From positions 682,001 through 746,000 of the forward strand of contig PS015009.1 in NCBI GenBank assembly GCA_048213135.1: a stretch of 64,000 nt of DNA, given 5' to 3'. The translations under genes and the position numbers were made by a program. The DNA comes from Reclinomonas americana ATCC 50394 (lineage: Eukaryota). A model generated the notes under the pieces. That model worked only from the letters and a program-made list of their open reading frames with translations, did not search any database and was not told the DNA's origin. Positions 60,126 to 64,000 of this stretch are shown piece after piece; positions within the stretch are counted from its first letter, which is position 1; each line of letters opens with the position of its first letter.

Positions 60126-61423
60126 GATGCTGTAATTATAGATGGGCAATATAATTTCACCTGCAATTCAGCCAGGCAGGCAGCCTGCTTCATCAGGCAA
60201 TCTACTTTTCGTTTGCTCAGCGCAGTGAGGTTGGTGCCCACTTTGCGGGCAATCAGCCGCTCTTCCACGGTGGGCCTGAGTATGTTGTTGTAGCCGGTGC
60301 GTGTTTTCAGGTGTTCACCGATCTCCTGTTCATATGCTTTCGGATCGTCTATCCAGGGCTGCGGAAACTGGTGGGCCTTGATGACCGATTCGGTGATTTG
60401 CCCGGCGGCCAGGTTGTTGATGAAGCCGGGTATGCAGTTCTCAATATCCCAGCCCAGCGAAAAGTACGCCACTTCTTTTTTTGTTGTCGCCGCGTTATCG
60501 TACAGATCCTGCACCATTTGTACTTTTTTGATCCTCGACATAAATACATCCACGGTAGTGATGAGCAACGAAATGGTATTTCTGAAATTGAGTTCGCCGG
60601 AACCGCCCGCCCCCGCGTCGCTGGTGATTACATGACTGCAGGAATAACTTCCTTTCTGCATGATCTTATGGATGCCCTGGTTATCATAAACACCACCATC
60701 AACCAGCAGCGGATGTACGCGTTCGGCATCTTCGGGGTTCTCAAAAAATTCTTTGGCGATCTTTATCGGTGTAAAGGCGAATGGTACACAGGAAGAAGCC
60801 ATCACCGCCCTGGCGAGGGGAAATTTTTCCGCTTTGAATTTTACCGGCGGCTTGCTGTACTGGTACGTGGAATCCTGCATCCAGGTGCGGGAAAAAGTAA
60901 ACGGGCGGGAGGTTTGCAGGTTGGTGGAACCGATCACCAGCGCTGGTTTTTCCGGTAGCTGGCCCAGGGTTTTTCCTTCATAAAAAAAGCGATTGTATAT
61001 TTTTTCGATCTCCCGGCTCACCGGGAAGATCTCAAACTGGAATTTCATGAGCAGGGCGATGAACAGGACAAACAGTACCGGGAAAAGCCAGGCACAGGGT
61101 GTGAATAAACAGTATATCGCCGGGCCGAGAAAGAGCAGGGCCAGCAACAGGACTTTGAAAAAAGTGAAAGAGAGCAATATGTGTTTGATCACATTCCTGG
61201 TTTGCAGCGCTTCGTACAGGCTGGAGGAGAATTTTGCGTAATCATCCTTATTCAGGCAATAGTAAGCGCCGGTGATCGATCCACCGGATATGGCAGAGAT
61301 CACTTCAGTTCTTTGCAGGATATTCATTTCCTGCAGTTTGTTGAGCGTGCCCAGGTGAAAGGCAGTAGCCCGGTAACCTCCGCCCGAAAGCGAAAGCCCG
61401 ATACGGTTTGGTAAAGCAGTCAT
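60122..61423 (-). CDS. Patatin-like phospholipase with an internal TM hairpin
   Basis: LSGGGYRA, AISGGS nucleophile elbow, ASSCVP, DGGVYDNQG. Confidence 0.9.
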   Translation of the reverse strand: MTALPNRIGLSLSGGGYRATAFHLGTLNKLQEMNILQRTEVISAISGGSITGAYYCLNKDDYAKFSSSLYEALQTRNVIKHILLSFTFFKVLLLALLFLGPAIYCLFTPCAWLFPVLFVLFIALLMKFQFEIFPVSREIEKIYNRFFYEGKTLGQLPEKPALVIGSTNLQTSRPFTFSRTWMQDSTYQYSKPPVKFKAEKFPLARAVMASSCVPFAFTPIKIAKEFFENPEDAERVHPLLVDGGVYDNQGIHKIMQKGSYSCSHVITSDAGAGGSGELNFRNTISLLITTVDVFMSRIKKVQMVQDLYDNAATTKKEVAYFSLGWDIENCIPGFINNLAAGQITESVIKAHQFPQPWIDDPKAYEQEIGEHLKTRTGYNNILRPTVEERLIARKVGTNLTALSKRKVDCLMKQAACLAELQVKLYCPSIITAS

Positions 61424-61540
61424 AGGCCAGTTTTGATAAAGAAATATACAACGCACCCCTGAAGATGCCTATACTACAAAGTGGGTAGTTTCATTGGAAT
61501 TACTACACGTGAAAACACCTGATTATGTTGTTCGCAAATA

Positions 61541-61933
61541 TTAATTGTTACGTGCCTGGTCGCAATAATCAAGGATGGCATCAATCTCTTCTTTCGACAG
61601 GTTGGGATACGGCAGCATCAGGCTTCCTTTGTATTGCTGCTGCAGGTCGCGGGCATATTTATTCCTGCTGATGACCTCCTGCGGGTTATGAACGAAAGCA
61701 TACAATTCGTTCTTATCGGTCCAGCGGTTGCGGGCACCGGCCAGGTTAGGTCCCAGCCCTTCTGCACCCGGGCGGTGGCACTGGTAACAATTGGCTTTGA
61801 ATAAGGTTTCACCGGCAGCCGTATTGGCTTTACTTCCGGAGTTGGGCGTGGCTGGTGTTTCTCCGCCACCGCAACTGCAGAACAGGGAGATGAGGAGAGC
61901 AGGTAATATAAGTTTCATCATAAAAAAGGTCAT
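61541..61933 (-). CDS. c-type cytochrome lipoprotein
   Basis: CYQCH heme motif, GPNL, distal Met (LMLPY). Confidence 0.88.
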   Translation of the reverse strand: MTFFMMKLILPALLISLFCSCGGGETPATPNSGSKANTAAGETLFKANCYQCHRPGAEGLGPNLAGARNRWTDKNELYAFVHNPQEVISRNKYARDLQQQYKGSLMLPYPNLSKEEIDAILDYCDQARNN

Positions 61934-61991
61934 TCCAAAGTTATGGAATGACCTCCTGAAATAAAGCGGAAATATCTTCCTGTTATTCTAA

Positions 61992-63134
61992 TTACATCTT
62001 TAGCACTTCGCGGCTGATCACCAGTTTTTGTATTTCGCTGGTGCCCTCGCCGATGGTGCAGAGCTTGCTGTCGCGGTAGAATTTTTCTACGGGAAAATCT
62101 TTTGTGTAACCATAGCCGCCAAATATCTGAACAGCATCGGTACTTACTTTCACCGACACTTCGCTGGCGTAGTATTTTGCCATGGCAGCTTCCTTGGTCA
62201 TGGGCAGGCCACGCATTTTAAGATCGCAGGCTTGTTTTACGAGCAGTTCTGCCGCTTCTATTTCTGTGGCCATATCGGCCAGTTTGAAACTGATGCCCTG
62301 AAAACTGGCGATGGGCTGGTCAAACTGGTGACGTTCTTTAGCGTATTGTACAGAGGCTTCATAAGCACCGCGGGCAATACCCATGGCGAGTGCCGCGATA
62401 GAGATGCGACCTCCGTCGAGTATTTTCATTGACTGCTTGAACCCTTCCCCTACTTCACCCAGGCGGTTGCTGTCGGGTATACGGCAGTTGTCGAACACCA
62501 TTTCGGCAGTTTCGCTGGCACGCATGCCCAGTTTATTTTCCTTTTTCCCTGCACTGAAACCGGGTGTGCCGCGTTCCACGATAAAGGCGGAAGAATTATT
62601 TTTTGCACGGGGTTCGCCGGTACGGCAGATAACAACAGCCACGTCGCCGCTTTTACCATGCGTTATCCATGATTTGGTACCATTAAGTACCCAATGGTCG
62701 CCGTCTTTTACAGCCGTGGTGCGCATGTTACCGGCGTCGCTGCCGGTATTGGCTTCCGTAAGCCCCCAGGCGCCGATGTGTTCCGCGCTGGCAAGCTTGG
62801 GCAGGTATTTCTTTTTTTGTTCTTCATTACCAAAAGCGAGGATATGGCCGGTACACAGGGAGTTGTGCGCCGCCAGGGAAAGCCCTACCGATCCGCATAC
62901 TTTGGCGATCTCCTGAATGATGGCATTGTATTCATAATACCCCAGGCCGCTGCCGCCATAGGCTTCGGGTACAAGTACGCCCATAAGGCCGAGCTTACCC
63001 ATTTCCTTGAAAATATGCAGGGGGAATTCCTGGCTCTCATCCCATTCCATAAGATGCGGCCGGATCTGTTGTTGCGCAAAATCCCTGGCCGTTTGAGCTA
63101 CCTGTAGGGTGAGCTCATCAGTGGTAAAGTTCAT
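61992..63134 (-). CDS. Acyl-CoA dehydrogenase
   Basis: LTEANTGSD, KLGMRAS, GRISIAA, QIFGGYGY, IGEGTSEIQ. Confidence 0.96.
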   Translation of the reverse strand: MNFTTDELTLQVAQTARDFAQQQIRPHLMEWDESQEFPLHIFKEMGKLGLMGVLVPEAYGGSGLGYYEYNAIIQEIAKVCGSVGLSLAAHNSLCTGHILAFGNEEQKKKYLPKLASAEHIGAWGLTEANTGSDAGNMRTTAVKDGDHWVLNGTKSWITHGKSGDVAVVICRTGEPRAKNNSSAFIVERGTPGFSAGKKENKLGMRASETAEMVFDNCRIPDSNRLGEVGEGFKQSMKILDGGRISIAALAMGIARGAYEASVQYAKERHQFDQPIASFQGISFKLADMATEIEAAELLVKQACDLKMRGLPMTKEAAMAKYYASEVSVKVSTDAVQIFGGYGYTKDFPVEKFYRDSKLCTIGEGTSEIQKLVISREVLKM

Positions 63135-63369
63135 ATAGCAAACAATCGTTTAGGGCTGCAATTTAGGGGTATTTTGCGAAAACTAACAAATGTTAGTTTT
63201 CAGGCAGTATACCGGTTGGATGGCTTTGGTTATCCCGACGAAGAGCCTGTCCCGATAAGGAACGATCGGAAGGGATTTCTTTCCTGTGACGAAAAGATAC
63301 CTCGTTACCTCGGTATGACACGAGGGAGAGAGGACTCAAACTGGTTCACTACCGTTTTCAATTGACGGA

Positions 63370-64000
63370 TCAGGGTTGAACAGTAATATAAGGCAGTAAT
63401 TTCCTGTAAATATCCTCCGTTACCATCATTATATTCCTGATCCCTGAGGGTTCTGCAAAAGCCCCGTGTTGCTGCCGGTACTGCACAATCGCGTTGGCCA
63501 GCTGGTAACGGATATAGGGATGCTGTTTCATTTCTTCCAGCGTTGCTGTATTGATGTTGACCTGTTTCACATGCCCCGTCAATTGCAGGTAAGGTTTTAT
63601 TTTCTGAAAAACGGAGTCGGCCAGGCCGAACACCTCTCCTACCTGGCTGGTTGAATAGAAGCCTCCCAGTTTATCGCGGAAAGTAATGATGCGGCCAGCC
63701 AGTTTGCTGCCGATGCCGGGCAGGGCGATGAAGGCGGTGGTATCGGCCTGGTTAATGTCCACGCTTACCGGTGCCCTTACCAGCCTGGTATAAACGGGTT
63801 TCGCCGGTGATGAAAATTCCGGGTGGCCTGCTGTACCTGCTGATGCAATGCGTACATAGGGCTGTAACCGGTCTGCCTCGCCAGGCCGCAGTCCCCATAC
63901 TTTATGGATATCCTCAGGTGAACGGAACCGCCCGCCTTTGCTGATGTACTTCTGAATGGTAGTAATGGTTTTGTCCCTCAGTCCCAGTTTTTTCCATCCT
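63370..64000 (-). CDS. ComEA-type helix-hairpin-helix protein, 5' truncated by the window end
   Basis: DINQAD...LPGIGSKLAGRII, VNINTAT repeats. Confidence 0.85.
   Translation of the reverse strand, partial: GWKKLGLRDKTITTIQKYISKGGRFRSPEDIHKVWGLRPGEADRLQPYVRIASAGTAGHPEFSSPAKPVYTRLVRAPVSVDINQADTTAFIALPGIGSKLAGRIITFRDKLGGFYSTSQVGEVFGLADSVFQKIKPYLQLTGHVKQVNINTATLEEMKQHPYIRYQLANAIVQYRQQHGAFAEPSGIRNIMMVTEDIYRKLLPYITVQP

Overview
Chromosomal window from a Bacteroidota genome, probably Chitinophagaceae-like (gldD/gldE, bS22-type small protein, TAnnTTTG promoter motifs). Housekeeping genes occupy about 1-26.3 kb (ruvC, greA, tsaB, nadB, ispG, gldDE, ssb, mutY, HU, rne/rng) and much of 49-64 kb (tig, tRNA-Leu, relA/spoT, acyl-CoA dehydrogenase, comEA). 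The standout is an AT-rich island right after the rne terminator. It holds an IntI-like tyrosine recombinase that lacks the integron-specific insertion, an attI-like junction at 27413, and seven gene cassettes. The cassettes are separated by six complete and one truncated attC-like elements: AAC, a 19-bp arm, a ~140-nt loop (37 nt in the first element), a 19-bp arm, then GTT. The arms co-vary between copies yet keep one invariant A.C mismatch, and each cassette's first bases are complementary to its own 3' core site, as expected for excisable circles. Cargo includes an inverted adenine methyltransferase and a ShosTA-like HAD/PRTase/DprA defence operon. A ~14-kb tail of mostly co-oriented, cassette-like small genes without att sites follows. 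A patatin / zinc protease / MBL-hydrolase operon at 56-61 kb is a second, less certain candidate system. All family calls come from reading motifs by eye; no searches were run.
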